Source of the DNA: Ministeria vibrans ATCC 50519
Lineage: Eukaryota > Protista > Filasterea
Direction: 5' to 3'
NCBI GenBank assembly: GCA_943704425.1
Contig: CALSCP010001488.1
Coordinates: forward strand, 16,938 to 80,937
Length of the DNA: 64,000 nt
Program-made: the position numbers and the translations under genes
Notes under the pieces: generated by a model
What the model saw: only the letters and a program-made list of their open reading frames with translations
The model's database searches: none
Told to the model about the DNA's origin: nothing
Shown here: one piece after another, positions 42,869-56,098 of the stretch
How the letters are laid out: every line of letters begins with the position of its first letter
Position numbering within the stretch: position 1 is the stretch's first letter

Positions 42869-43469
42869 ATGTCGTCGTTACCGTCGCACCAAGACATGCC
42901 TCGAAAGGGTGGATTTCCTGCCATTCCGTTCAAACGCAACACTCCTCAGCGCGGCCCGAGTGGTGTCGTGATGCTGCTTGGAGGAGCAGCTTTGTGGGCT
43001 TATGGCATCTATTCGTTGAGTCAGAGGAACAAATTAGGCCAGTAAGATTGCTATTTGCGTCCCTTTGCCTCTTTTTTTTCGTTTTTTTCGTTCCCTTCTC
43101 AAATTCTGTTGTAAACTCCTTTCGTGTGTCTTTTGCGCTCCGTCTCTAGGGTGGATTACATTGAGAAGAGAAATGCGCGGATAGCCTTGGTACCATTCTT
43201 GACAGCGGAGGAGGATCGAAGGTACAAAGAAGGAAAAGAGAGAAAAAAGCGAAACTGAACATTTTGTGTGTGTGTGTGTGTTTGGCTGAAGACAAATTGC
43301 GTCGCGTGCGGGAGTGACGAGACGGGTGATGGCTATCATGGAAGGCGAGGAGGGGTGGGAAGAAGGAGGCGCGAAATGGTCCGTGTTTAACAATAAGACT
43401 CTGGACGAGAAGTGGCCCGTCGTCTCAGCGGGCTATGCGGACGCTGGCCTGCCCGAGCAAGACTACTAG
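42869..43469 (+). CDS. NDUFA13: Complex I accessory subunit NDUFA13 (GRIM-19)
   Basis: QDMP.KGGF..I.FKRN.P.RGPSG, EKRNARIALVPFLTAEEDR; 3 exons. Confidence 0.93.
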
Positions 43470-43630
43470 TCATATTTTGTCCATTGTGTGTGTGTATGTG
43501 TGTGTGTGTGTGCCTCTCTCTTCTTTTTCTCTCTCTCTTTTTCTCTCTCTCTTTTTCTCTATCTGTGTGCGATCCTGTTTCTCAACAAAGCCTTTTCCGC
43601 ATCTTTTTTCGAACAAGTTTCTGTTCACTT

Positions 43631-45801
43631 TTACATGCCGCTGTAGGCGGGACCACCGCCGTTCTCTGGCGGCACCCAATTGATGTTTTGCGTGGGGTCC
43701 TTGATGTCGCACGTCTTGCAGTGCACGCAGTTTTGGGCGTTGATCTGGAGACGCATGGAGCCGGCGGGGGCGTCAGGGTCGTCGCTCTCGACGTACTCGT
43801 AGACGCCAGCGGGACAGAAGCGGCCCTCGGGGCCATCGTAGTCAGGAAGATTGACGGTGGTCGGCACGTTGTCGTCAAAGAGGGTGAGATGGGCGGGTTG
43901 GTCGCCCTCGTGGTTGGTGCCGCTGAGGCTGACGGACGACAACAGATCGAAGCTGATCTTGTTGTCGGGTTTGGGGTACTCAATGGGCTTGGCATTGTCG
44001 CGCTTCGAGAGGCTCGCGTGATCCGGCGTGCCGTGCTTGAGCGTCCACGGTTCACGACCACCCAGCAGGAAAGAAAAGCCCGAGTAAAGGATGCCGCCAT
44101 ACACTCCCTTGTGGAAGGCCGGACGCGAGTTGCGCACCCGATACAGATCATCCATGACCCACGACGACCGAAGGTCCGCGTCGTACCCTTCCATGTCAAG
44201 CCCCGACTCCTCCGAGTACTTTCCCGCGTCGAGTGCCTTGAGAATCGCATCGGCAGCAACCATCCCACTCTTCATTGCGTTGTGCGTTCCCTTGATCTAC
44301 CCCCCCCCCCCCAAAAAAAATTTTTTAATCATTCTGAATCAACAGCAAAATGACATGACGTAATAATAATAATAACAGTGATAAAAAATATAAAAAAAAA
44401 TAATAATAATACCTTGGGGACATTCATGAAACCAGCAGAACAGCCAATCAGCGCAGCCCCCTTGACCGCCAACTTCGGAACACACTACAAGAAGATGGGG
44501 TGTATAAAGACAAGAACAATATACAAGAGATCGTACTTGGTAGCCGCCTTCGTTGAGGGCACGGGCACCATAGCCAATGCGGGTACCACCTTCAAAGGTA
44601 GGCGCGACTGTCGGGTGATGCTTCCATCGCTGGAACTCGCGGAAGGGCGACAGGTACGGGTTGGAGTAGTCGAGGCCCACGACGAAGCCAACCGAGACAA
44701 GCGGTTGATCACTCGTGCCCAAATGGTAGAGGAACGACCCGCCGTACGTGTGCGGGTCCAGTGGCCAGCCCGCCGTGTGCTCCACACGTCCAGGTTTGTG
44801 CACAGCTGGATCCACCTCCCACAGCTCCTTCAGCCCAATCCCGTACGTCTGTTGCGCCACTCCGTCACGCAGTCCAAACTTGTTCATCACGTGCTTCGTC
44901 AACGACCCATGACAGCCTTCTCCTAGAAGCGTCACTTTCGCGTGAAACTCCATTCCCCGCTCAAACCCAGCCTATACGCGCAATAAAAAAAAGAAGAAAA
45001 GATGCAAAACAACGAAAATAGAATAGACTGAGCTCCCTCCTCCATTGCATGGTTCTTTAGCTGACGCAATACCTTGGGCGATCCATCCTTGGCAATGCCC
45101 GAGTCGTTAGTGGCGACCCCCTTGACCGACCCGTCGGGGTGGTAAAGCACCTCAGAGGCAGCAAAGCCAGGGAACACCTCGACGCCAAGCTCCTCCGCCT
45201 GTGTGCCCAGCCAGTTGACAACGTTGCCCAGACGCACAATGTAGTTGCCGTGGTTGTGCATCGGGAGAAAGGGGAACAGCTTGAGCGGCACGCCAAGTCG
45301 CCCCTTCTCACTCAGCACGCCAAACTGATCGTCAACCACTTCCGTGTCCAGCGGCGCCCGATTCTCCATCGTTTTCCAGTCGGGGAACAGCTCATCCAGC
45401 GCACGCGGTTCAAGCACTGCTCCACTCAACGTGTGCCCGCCAATCTCGCTTGCCTACCACACAAACAATGACAGAGTAAGGATTATTGTGAAAAAAAAAA
45501 AAAAAAAGTGTCTTTTTCACGTGAACTTGATGAGTACCTTCTCTAACACCACCACACGCAAGTCCATTTGACGGTCATTTGCAGCCTGCTTCAACCGAAT
45601 GGCGGCGCTCAAGCCTGCAGGCCCACCACCGACAATGACAACATCAGGATCATCAGCAACTCGCTCCATGTCGATTTCGGCCCACCGCGGGTCCGCAGTG
45701 CGATCGCAGCGCGACCAGTGCGTCGTAATGGGTTTGGCCATCGCCGACGCACTCGTGGACAACGCCCGTGCGTGCTGAGCGACTCTGCTGGCGACGTGCA
45801 T
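43631..45801 (-). CDS. ETFDH: Electron transfer flavoprotein-ubiquinone oxidoreductase
   Basis: [41 protein letters not shown], 4Fe-4S motifs FCPAGVYE and [13 protein letters not shown]. Confidence 0.98.
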
Positions 45802-45855
45802 TGGAAAAGAGAATAATAATAATAATCAAACTATCATTTAATTTTCAGTTCAATC

Positions 45856-48813
45856 ATGTCGGATAGTCGCAAAAAGAACGCGGCGAAAAAGTCCAAGGAT
45901 GAATCCGTTCGAGTGATTGTACGATGCAGGTGAGTGCGCACTATGAAATTTGGACGATTCATTTTTACGGTTGTCGTGGCAATGGAGTAACAGAATCAAC
46001 GATAGCGCCCTTGAGCACCGTTGACACCCTTGCTCACACCCTGGCAACGGGCTTGGTCTCTAATGATGAGCACTGAAACACTGTGTAGGCCGCTCAATTC
46101 GACTGAGACTGCAAACGGCAACAAGTCGGTTGTGGACGTGCGCACCAAGGACGGCATCATACAAGTGCAGCGCGACGGGGTACGGCAAAGGAGGCAGAGC
46201 GTCGGCGCACATGCGTTAATGGCAACAGAAACGAGCAAAGCTCAAGTCATTCATATTTTGTAGAAAGAGCGTCCGTTTACCTTTGACGCTACATATGGAC
46301 CGGACGCGAAACAAATTGACATTTACAATGAAACCGTACGGCCTCTGGTGGATTCCGTCCTGGAAGGCTACAATGGCACTGTGTTTGCCTACGGACAAAC
46401 AGGTGAGGAGCAAAAAGGAAGTCAATTGTGCGTCTCAACAGATCAGCGGTGGCTGTGCTCTAAATCCCCTTCTCCCCCTCCCCAGGCACTGGCAAGACCC
46501 ATACGATGCAGGGACCGAGCACGGGCGACCCGGACGCACGCGGAATCATTCCCAACACCTTTCACCATGTCTTTACAGAGATTGCTCGCTCCGACGGCGA
46601 ACACACGCAGTTCTTGGTGCGCGCCAGCTACCTTGAGATTTATCTTGATGAAATTCGCGATCTTCTTCAGCCCGATCAGGTGCGCGTTTTTCCCCGTCGT
46701 TTCCATTTCCCGGTGGCTTCTTCCTTTTTTATTTCATACTTTGTTCCTTCTCTTTTTTCTTTTTCTTTTTATGTACTGTAGAAAAAACGATTGGAGCTGC
46801 GCGAGAAAGACACCGGAATCTACGTGAACGATTTGAGTTCGTTTGTTGTGAAGAATGTCAAAGAGATTGAAAAGGTACCGAAAACAAGCAACAACAAATT
46901 TGTGACTGTACATAGAAATGAAAGGTGTGCAATTTCTGGGCATTGACTTTGTATTACCGAAGGTGATGAATGTGGGAAACAAGAACCGCAAGACGGGAGC
47001 TACGGCTATGAACGATCAGAGCTCACGGTCACACGCGTGCTTTATCATTACGATTGAGCGGAGTGACGAACGCGACGGCGAGCAGCACATTCGCGCAGGG
47101 AAACTCAATCTCGTGGATTTGGCAGGAAGTGAGCGGCAGGTCAAAACGGGTATGTGAACATGAGGGAAAGAGTGTACTGCAGCCACACAAAACTGATCAT
47201 GTGAAATATATTGATCCGGACAGGCGCGGAGGGAAACCGATTGAAGGAGGCAACCAAGATCAACACGTCACTGTCTGCGCTGGGCAATGTGATTTCCGCA
47301 CTGACCGACGCCAAAGCGACATTTGTGCCGTATCGCGACAGTAAGCTCACGCGACTGCTGCAGGACTCGCTGGGAGGCAATGCCAAGACAGTCATGATTG
47401 CCAATGTGGGTCCCGCCGACTACAACTACGACGAGACTCTCAATACGCTGCGCTATGCCAATCGTGCAAAGTCAATCAAGGTCAAATCTAGACGAAGATG
47501 GATATCCCTCTAATTGTGTGTATTTATCGTTATTATTGTGTGTAGAACGCGCCAAGGATCAACGAAGACCCAAAAGATGCACTGTTGCGACAGTTTCAAG
47601 ACGAAATTGGTAAGGGGCACATTATTTGAAAATGATCGTGACCTCGGTTTAATTTGTAGAAAAGCTGAAGCGAGAGCTGATGCAACGCGAAGGGGGAGAA
47701 GAGGGTGGTGGTGGTGGAAAAAAGAAGAAGGAGCGGAAGACGAAGCGACGAAAGAAGCGAGGAGGAGAGGAAGAGGAAGGGGAAGAAGGGGAACCAGGGG
47801 AGGGGGAGGATGATGTGGATGGAGCCCTCAAGGCGGAGCAGGCAGCGCTGGAGGCGGAAAGGGAGGCGCTGCTGAAGGACAAGACAATGATTGAGAAGGA
47901 CAAGCGTCGGATTGCGGCTGAGTTGGATGTGCGGCAGGAGGAGTTGCAGCGGGAGATGGAGGAGCGCAATGTGGCACTGAGCAAACTGCGGTCGATGGAG
48001 AGCAAACTGTTGATTGGCGGAGTAACGATTCAAGATCACACGACGGCACAAGAGCGTGCACTTGAGGCAAAGCAGCGAGAGTTGGAGGAGCAGGCACGGC
48101 GGGAGCGGGAGTTGCAACAGCAGTTGGTGGTGCAACAGGAGCAGACGCTGCACATGAACGAGCAGACGGGGTCGCTGCAGGAGCGTGTGGACACGACTAC
48201 GCGCAAGTTGAAGAAGCTCGTGAACAAATTGGTGGCGGCCAAGCAGGAGATTGAAGATTTGCAGGAGGACTTTCGACGCAAGCGTGAGGAGTTGTTGGAG
48301 ATTACGGACGACCTGACGCGTGATTTGAAGCTCAAGACGCTCATTGTGGACAACTTTGTGCCACGCGACGATGCCGCACGCACCGAAAAGCTGGCGGTGT
48401 ATGACGACGCAAGCGATGCATGGGTGTTCCAGACGGACACGGAGACGGGACGAGTGGCGCATGCGGGGGTGCGTCGACCCATCTCGGCGTGTGGCAACCG
48501 CCGACCCGTCTGCGAGCACGCACGCGTGGCCATTGCCATGGGAGACACCAGCACGCGCTATCGGCCCGACAACATTGTCGAGCTTGCTCTGGAGATGCCT
48601 CAGCGTACTACCATGGACTATGAGGGTCCGTCAGTAGCGCCCGGCGTGCAGGCGGCGCTCGACTCGGCCTTTCGCGAAGACGAGGAGGATGTCACCGTCG
48701 TCGCATCGACCAAGCGAGACATCTTTGCCGCCACCGATCGCTACCTTGACGACGACGACGATAGTGACAATGATCAGAGTCGCAATAAACGCTCGAGGCG
48801 GAAGAGGCGATAA
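45856..48813 (+). CDS. KIF3B: Kinesin-2 motor subunit, KIF3B-like
   Basis: [41 protein letters not shown]; tail RPISA.G.RRP..HAR and MP.RTT.DYEGP.VAP.VQAALD typical of KIF3B. Confidence 0.93.
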
Positions 48814-50687
48814 CATTATTGTTTTAATAATAAAAAATAAGAATTATAAATAATTATTAGGATAATTATTAGTATTATTATAATTATATTGATTCAATGC
48901 AGTGCCTGCGCAGTACCTTGTGCACTCGTGTAACGAATGAAGTATGATTAAGCTTTTCGGGTATGCAATTTTAATACTAGTTATCGTGCTGCAATAGAGA
49001 CGAAAGCGTAACGTAATGAACATACGCGTATCCGTACTCTAAGTAGATCTCCCTCTTATAGCAACACATTAATATTGACCTTTAAAAACTTGGAACCTTA
49101 GTTGTTTTTTTAGCTTTTAAATGGGTGGCTTCTAATCAAGACTTTTAAAATTAATGGGTGGTTTAAGCTTCTGACGTATTTTGCTCTTTTGATTCTCTTA
49201 TTGTCAAACATAGACGTAATAATATTATAAATGACCCATGTCAACCGGTAGCTCAGGGTACTACGTATAATTAAACGCATATAAACGCATTAATTTTATT
49301 TAAATTTATTTGGTGGTCTTCAATTTGCGTGTGGCTATTTATAATAAATTAATAATAATAATTATTATTATTATTTTATTATTATTATAATTATAATAAT
49401 AATAATAATAATAATTGCGATTGGCCATTTGGAAGCCTGTCGTGTAGAAATTATTATAACGTTTGCTTTCTTGTTATTATTATTAGCACTCTGACCTGCC
49501 TCTGTTTTCCCAAATGTATGTTACCTCTAGAGTGTTGGTTAAGTTTGCAAGGGGCGCGGTCTGGCTGTGTCTTTGAGGAGACTGTATCATTAGTAATTAT
49601 TCTTATTATTATTATTATTATTGATTCTTCTTTGTATTATTATAATAATTATTATTCTTTTTCTTATTCTTATTATTATTATTATTATTATTATTATAAT
49701 AATTATTATTCTTTTTCTTATTCTTATTATTATTATTATTATTATTATTATAATAATAATATTCTTGGGCGTTGAGAAAGAAACACGTAGGACGCGCGTT
49801 TGGTGAGCCCTCCTGTGTGGAATAGGTGGTGTTTATGTAAGGGACACTATCTCTTTATTCTTTTATTTCGGCAAAAGATTTTAAGCGTGACAACGACAGA
49901 AAAAAAAGGACAGAATTGAAATAAAATACTACAGTGTGCACTACGATAGTCTTCGATCCCGCTAGCAAGTCGCAGCACTACTCTAACAGAGTAATACCAG
50001 GGCTCTTCCGGTGTGTGCGTATTTTTCTTCTTCCGGCTTCATAATTATTCTTTCGCGCCAGCTGATGATTGTATTATTCTTATGATAACGTTAATGTTGG
50101 AGTTTATGCATTGTGTGAAGCTCTGCAGTACATCCGTACTCCGCAGTCCGCACTGAAAGTTTGTATCACATGCCACTAATCACGATCATAGTACTAGTGT
50201 CAGTTACTAGACGCTAACTATAGCTATAGTCTACAATATACAAAGCAGTCTTTCCAACAATACAATTATACTAATGCATGAGTGAATGATCATAATATTA
50301 TATTATAATTATAACACTCATCATGATCATCATGGCTCTGGACCGTGATATAGTAACTATATCTGTACACGACCGCTGAGAGCTGAAGCTGAGGATCAAT
50401 TAAGGTTGGCAACTCCTGCAGAGCTTTCTGAATTCAGTCTAAATTTGATAATAAAAGGACTATATAGAATCCAAGTCATTAAAATGATTACGTCTCTTAT
50501 TTATCTCTAATGAGTAATGTCTAATTGACAATTGTCTGCCCCTTTCTCTCCCCTCTATCTTCATAGGGCATGAAAGTTATGATTGTATTTGGTAATTGGT
50601 ATTCGGTATTATTTTGATTTTCATATTATTATTCATCATTTTTTTTTGTTGCTTTTGTCTGGGGTATCACAAAGAATACAGTTCAGC

Positions 50688-50891
50688 ATGAGCTCGGAAC
50701 CCAGGTCTAAGAGCGTGGCGGTGAAGAGACCGTATGTGGAAACGTGGGAAGAATTTGAGTCTCTTGCCACGGCGCTGTTTGAGAAAGAGCCCGACAAGGT
50801 TCGCCTGCCTGCCTGCAATGGATGCAGGCCGTGACAGTTTCCCACCCTGACACACTCGTCTCGTCGCACCTCTTCTCTTTTTGCGTTTGTC

Positions 50892-50940
<49 letters not shown>

Positions 50941-51318
50941 TTTTTCTTCGTTGCACAGACTCGCTTTGTGTCAAAATACCGTGCCAGTGACGGTCTTCTC
51001 GACCTCAAAGTAACAGACGACGTTCAGGTGAGTGGTGGCTCAATGGCTCGGGGGGAGTGTTCGAGGGGTTTCTCTGTGTGCAACGGAGAGTTGACGATTG
51101 AAACTGACGTTCTGACTCTTGTTCTCTCTCTTTGTCTCTCTGTCTCTCTCTATCACTTTGTCTCTCTCTCTCTCTCTCCCTTCTCTATCCCTCCTCTCTG
51201 TCTCCCCCCCTCTTGCGTGTAGATTGTCAAGTACAAAACAGACCAAGCACAGGATGTGAAGCGATTAGAGAGGTTCAACGCCTCTCTCATGCGCAGTATG
51301 ATTGCTGCGAAGCACTGA
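50688..51318 (+). CDS. SRP9: Signal recognition particle 9 kDa protein
   Basis: Y.ETWEEF....L....P.KTR...KYR..DG.L.LKVTDD...VKYKTDQAQDVKRLE; 3 exons. Confidence 0.95.
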
Positions 51319-51373
51319 TGTTTCTTCCTGAAATGCACAAAACTATGTATTTTTGTATTTTCTATTCTTTGGA

Positions 51374-53409
51374 CTAGTAGCGAGAGTAGGAGCGGAAGGC
51401 GTCGCTGTAAGTCGTGGTAAGCGGCATGCGCGACGAAAAGGAGGCGGTGGCAGTGAGGGGGCGAAGGGAAGAGGAAGAGGTGGCAGCAGCAGCATACGAG
51501 GTGGTCGGGAGGGGGCTGAGACGCGAGCGGTGGAAGGAGCCGCCTGAAGTGGGGGAGAGCGACGAAGAGAAGCGGGAGAGCGTCGTGGGGAGCGACGACG
51601 ACGACAAGGGCGAGGTGGTTGTCGCTGAGTAGGTGTGGGCGAGGGCAGGGCGCACACGGTGACCGCGCACAACGGAGCGCAGTGACACACACTCGTTGTC
51701 CAGTCGCAGCGACAGTCGCTTTGTCTCAATCTGCTCTTCGCAGCGACGACGATGCGCTGTCAGATCCCGTAGTTTTGTTTCGGCCACATTGAGTGCCGCC
51801 ATAAACGATTGCTACCAAAAGAAAAAGTTTATAATCATAATAATTATTACCCATTTGTGTTGTGTTGTTGGTCAGACTGACCTGGGTCTGTCGGATTTCA
51901 TCGACTTCGACAGAGAGGCGATATTGAACAGGATCGGCGACAAGCTCAACGCCCGGGCGGTCGACGCGGCGGTCGATGCGCTGGAGGGCGCGCTCCAGCG
52001 GCTGCTCCGTGTCGGCAAGGGCTCGCCGCAGCTCACTCGCTTCGTCGTCCAGCTCGTTGATCTCTTGCGTGAGCTCTGCCTGCGTCTGCTCCAACTCGTG
52101 GAGTGCTGCTGTCATTTCCGATATGCGTTCTGTGAGAGCGTCGTCGACGCGCGAAAATTGCCGTCCCAATTCGAGGCGGGCCGACTCGAGGGTGCCCAAC
52201 AGATGGTCGCGCAACGCACTCGCCCGTTGGCGCTCGTGCTCTGCGTCGCTCAGATTGCGTTCCGTAAAGTCGTGCCACGTGTGTGGAGTCACACCGCGTC
52301 CCGTCATGCGCGGTTGGGTGTGCACCGAGCCCGGGGCACCCGTGCGCTGCAGACAATCGTCCTCGATAAAGAGTGTCTGGCGCTTCTGTGTGCTGTCGCT
52401 GTCCAGCTCGTACTTGGCCGCACGCAGTACACGCAACATCTCTTCCGCTTCGTTTGATTTGGTGCGCAACAGACCCATCGTGCGCTCCAGCAGCGCCTCC
52501 TCATTTTCCAGTTCAATCTCAACCTGATGGATGTGAATTGATTGATGACAGGTTGAGATCATCATCTCAAATTTTTTGTACCTGATCGCGCACGACGTCT
52601 TCGTTGATGCGGCGGGATCGAATCGCAATGCAATCTTGGGTCGTTTTCATTGGAAGTTGCTGCGCCTCGAGGAAGAGATCCAGATCCGTCTTGGCACTCG
52701 TAAGTGAGTGGATCGCCCGACCAGTCGCCGTCGAACTGTCCTCCAGAGCCACCTCGCGTCGCGACAGTTCTCCCTGGCGCTCATGAAAGCGCTGCTGAAC
52801 CTCACGCTGAGCTGCCGCGAGTTCCCTATCAAAAGGAAACAACGGGTAGAAGAGAGAGAAACATCAATTTTGCGGTTTCCGAATAAATACAAAAATCATT
52901 GTCAAACATGGAATACAGTGCACAGAGAAAGGAAGAAGGAGGGGGAAAAAAATCAATAGAATAACCAGAAGAATGGACGCGGATAAGAATTGTGGTGAGA
53001 GAGAGAGAGAGAGGAAAAAGAAAAGAACCCCCAAACAAAAAATATATATTTACTTTTCTTTTTCGTCGCGAAGTCGAAAAATGTCGTCTCGAAGTGACCG
53101 CGACGAGCTTGTTTCGCCCGTAGCGCGGTTAACAGTGCCACGATTGACCGCATTCCACTCTTGGTGGGTCAAAGAGAGACGCTGGTCGCCGTGACGAGGC
53201 GTTTTTGTCAAGCCGTTGGCATGGAAACCGCCGCGGAGCAAAAGGCGACCTGTGGCCAGATCGAGACTGCTGCTTGTTGTCGGGCGTGTATAGTTGTATC
53301 CACCATCCATCGAAAGAGTCGATCGAGCCGCAGGCCGCGCGGCCGTGCTGCTTCCGTGAAAAGTGTATTCGCCACGCATTGGAGAATTTCCGGCGCTTCG
53401 TGTGTACAT
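51374..53409 (-). CDS. TEKT: Tektin-family axonemal filament protein
   Basis: Coiled coil with C...R.RR...D.VRD.VE.EL..E, signature RPGVELVAD (cf. RPNVELCRD) and K..SL.LD.EC...R. Confidence 0.88.
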
Positions 53410-53551
53410 ACGACGGGGCGTGATGCGTACCAACACCAAAAGTGTGGGGTGGGGAGTGAAGAAAAAGAGAGAGGGAACTTTATATATTTCTTATCTATAC
53501 CACTCCAAACGCTCTACAAAATTATTTTGTTTTGTTTGTTTACAATCATCA

Positions 53552-54579
53552 TCATTGTGTTTCGGTCTTTGTCACTAGTGAATCGGCAGCGGCTTCGTCG
53601 TCGCTGCCGCCTACGGGCCGAAATGATTCCTCAATGTCATCGAATTCGTCGTCGCAAATGGCGTCAAGGGTGCGACGCGCCGTGCTTGACTCACGGCTGT
53701 TATTGCGTGCCGCACACGGCATAGAGGTGGAGGAAGAGGATGGAGTCCCCAAGGGTGTAACTAAGGGGGTTGAAGGAGGTGTTGCCATGGCCATAGCGGG
53801 TGGATAGACCTGTCGTTCTTGGAGGGCGATCCAGTCGACCTCACGGAAGAAGGGATGGCACATGATCTCCTCCGCGCCACTCGCTCCACCACCGGGTCTA
53901 TCAGCCGGATCGTGTGTCAGCAGCGCACACACCAGGGCCGCTCCATCGTCACTAATCTGCTCGTCAAACTCAAACGTCGTCGACGGAAACACCCCAAGCG
54001 GAAAGTCCTCGTCAAGCGAGCGACCATTGACCATGAGATACATGAGTGCGCCCAAACTCCACCAGTCGCCTGCTGGAGTGTCACCCTGTGTGTATATGTA
54101 TGTGTATGTGTGCATGTGTGTATGTGTGTATGTGTGTGTGATTGACGTGTGTTAATGTGGGTGTTTACATATCAATGGGGAACGGGTACCTGTTGGAGAG
54201 AGGCTTCGGGCGCGCGGAAGCATCCGTTGTCTTGAGGTCCCCACTCCGCACAGACATTGTAGTACGCCAGTTTGATGTGCCCATCTGCGTCCACAAGAAC
54301 GTTGTGCGGCATAATGGGGCTACAATATGTAAAAAACACACGAAAATCAACACTTGTAAAGAGATACACACAAAAGATAAATACCGCAAAAGTACGCTCT
54401 TGCTGTGAAGGAATGCAACAGCAAGTACAATTTCAGCAACAAAGAAGCGCACAATGTCCTCGGGAAAGGGTGGTGCCAGCCGGTGAAACAGCTCACGCGT
54501 CTGCACATGCCCAAACACAAGAAAGACCTAACAAATGCAGTATCAAGCTCCTATTACTTTCTATAACTTTGTCTCTCTC

Positions 54580-54639
<60 letters not shown>

Positions 54640-55930
54640 TGTGTGTGTTTGTGTCTTACGCGATCTGACGATTCAAAGACATACTCAAGTGAGAGCACAA
54701 AAGGATTTGCTGCACCAAGTGCATTGATGATGGGATACTGGTCACTGGCGAGCGACAAGGGACTCTCCTCTGCGCCATCGTCGTCGACCGGCTGACGTGT
54801 GCATTGAGGTCCGTGTGAGTGTTTAAGTAAGTTTGTGTGTAGCATTACCTTCAGGAGTGTTCTGATCATGTGAGTGGTGTGGTGGTGTCGGTGGCGCACA
54901 ATCATATTCTACACCAACAGGTCTCATTCGATGATACTGCCAACACACTGCGGTCATATACAGCTATTTTTTTTTTCGAACCTTTCCGTCGTCGAGTGTG
55001 GCAAAGGCAAAGTCTCTCAGTGTGACGGGCCCAGTGCGTGACTGGAACTCATCGACAATGGTGGAGCCGCTCTGTCGTTGTACCGTCGTTTCATCCAATG
55101 ACGGTGGTAGGAAGGGCGTGTCCATGTTGTCGGTGTCAACAGGCGCCAGTAAAGCGGCGGGAAAGTCGTTGTGCGATGCGATGGTGGAGACGGAGGCGGA
55201 ACGCAGTGTCTGGCAAGAACAACAGAAACAACTTTCAATGAAGAATCACTCTGTTGCGCGCTTACGGCGCCATTCTTGCGTACTTTTGATGCTTTCTTGG
55301 AGCGAGAGAAGAAGTTGGAAAAGGGGGCGCTGTGAAAGAGTACGTCTACAAAATATATTTTGGTGTTGTAGGTTTGGGTGTCTGAAAGGCCTTGGTCGTT
55401 CTACCTATACTCGCAACGTAGAGGAGCAGATTGAGAGCCGATTTGCGTCTCTTTTCAATCGTATCGTTGCTAAAGCGTCCTATGGGGCGGCATGGGGGAA
55501 GGGGGTCAGACCGGTTGCAGTTGGACTGTGTGGGCAGACGGAGTGTACCGAAAACAGAGCCAGTGGGAAACGGCGGAAATTTCGTCCCTTTTTCGAGCTT
55601 TATTCTGCGCAGCTGCTTGTGGAGCCACTGGAAGTCACTGTAACGACGCTCCACAATGATAACAGTGGTCTCACTGAGGGATCGGGAGGTCGCCTGAACG
55701 AAAGAGGACTCGTTGAATGAAACTCTCCAATTCATTCATTCTTACCCGCATTTGCACGCGATACAGCGTGGGTCCGGTGTCACCAGACTCTCGATGAGGG
55801 TCTGTAACACTGCAAAGCGGTAAAGAGGCAGAGAGAGAGAGAGAGAAAGGATGAAAGAGAGGGCGAGAGAGACAAGGTACGCTTACGAAAAACTCACGAC
55901 GGAGTTGTACATGGAGTCCAGGAGTGCCAT
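53552..55930 (-). CDS. RPS6KC1: PX-domain + AGC-like pseudokinase, RPS6KC1-like
   Basis: PX (VTDP, RRYSDF..LH..L, FPPFP...VFGRF..TIEKRR) and kinase fold with RPIMPHNVLVDADGHIKLAYY (no catalytic D, no DFG), APE, DWWSLG. Confidence 0.75.
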
Positions 55931-56098
55931 GGTCAAACGGCACGTGAACTACAGCTCAAACGGATACCAATGCGACAATGAATGATTATATTTTTGATTA
56001 TGATATATTTAATATTTTTAAAAGTTATTCAACACTTCACTTCATATTAATTGTTTCACTCGCTGTACTTTTTTACGTCAGTTACTTGTGACTTGTGT

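Noticed and set aside
49945-49965. tRNA B-box-like TTCGATCCC
   Set aside because: No cloverleaf and no A-box.
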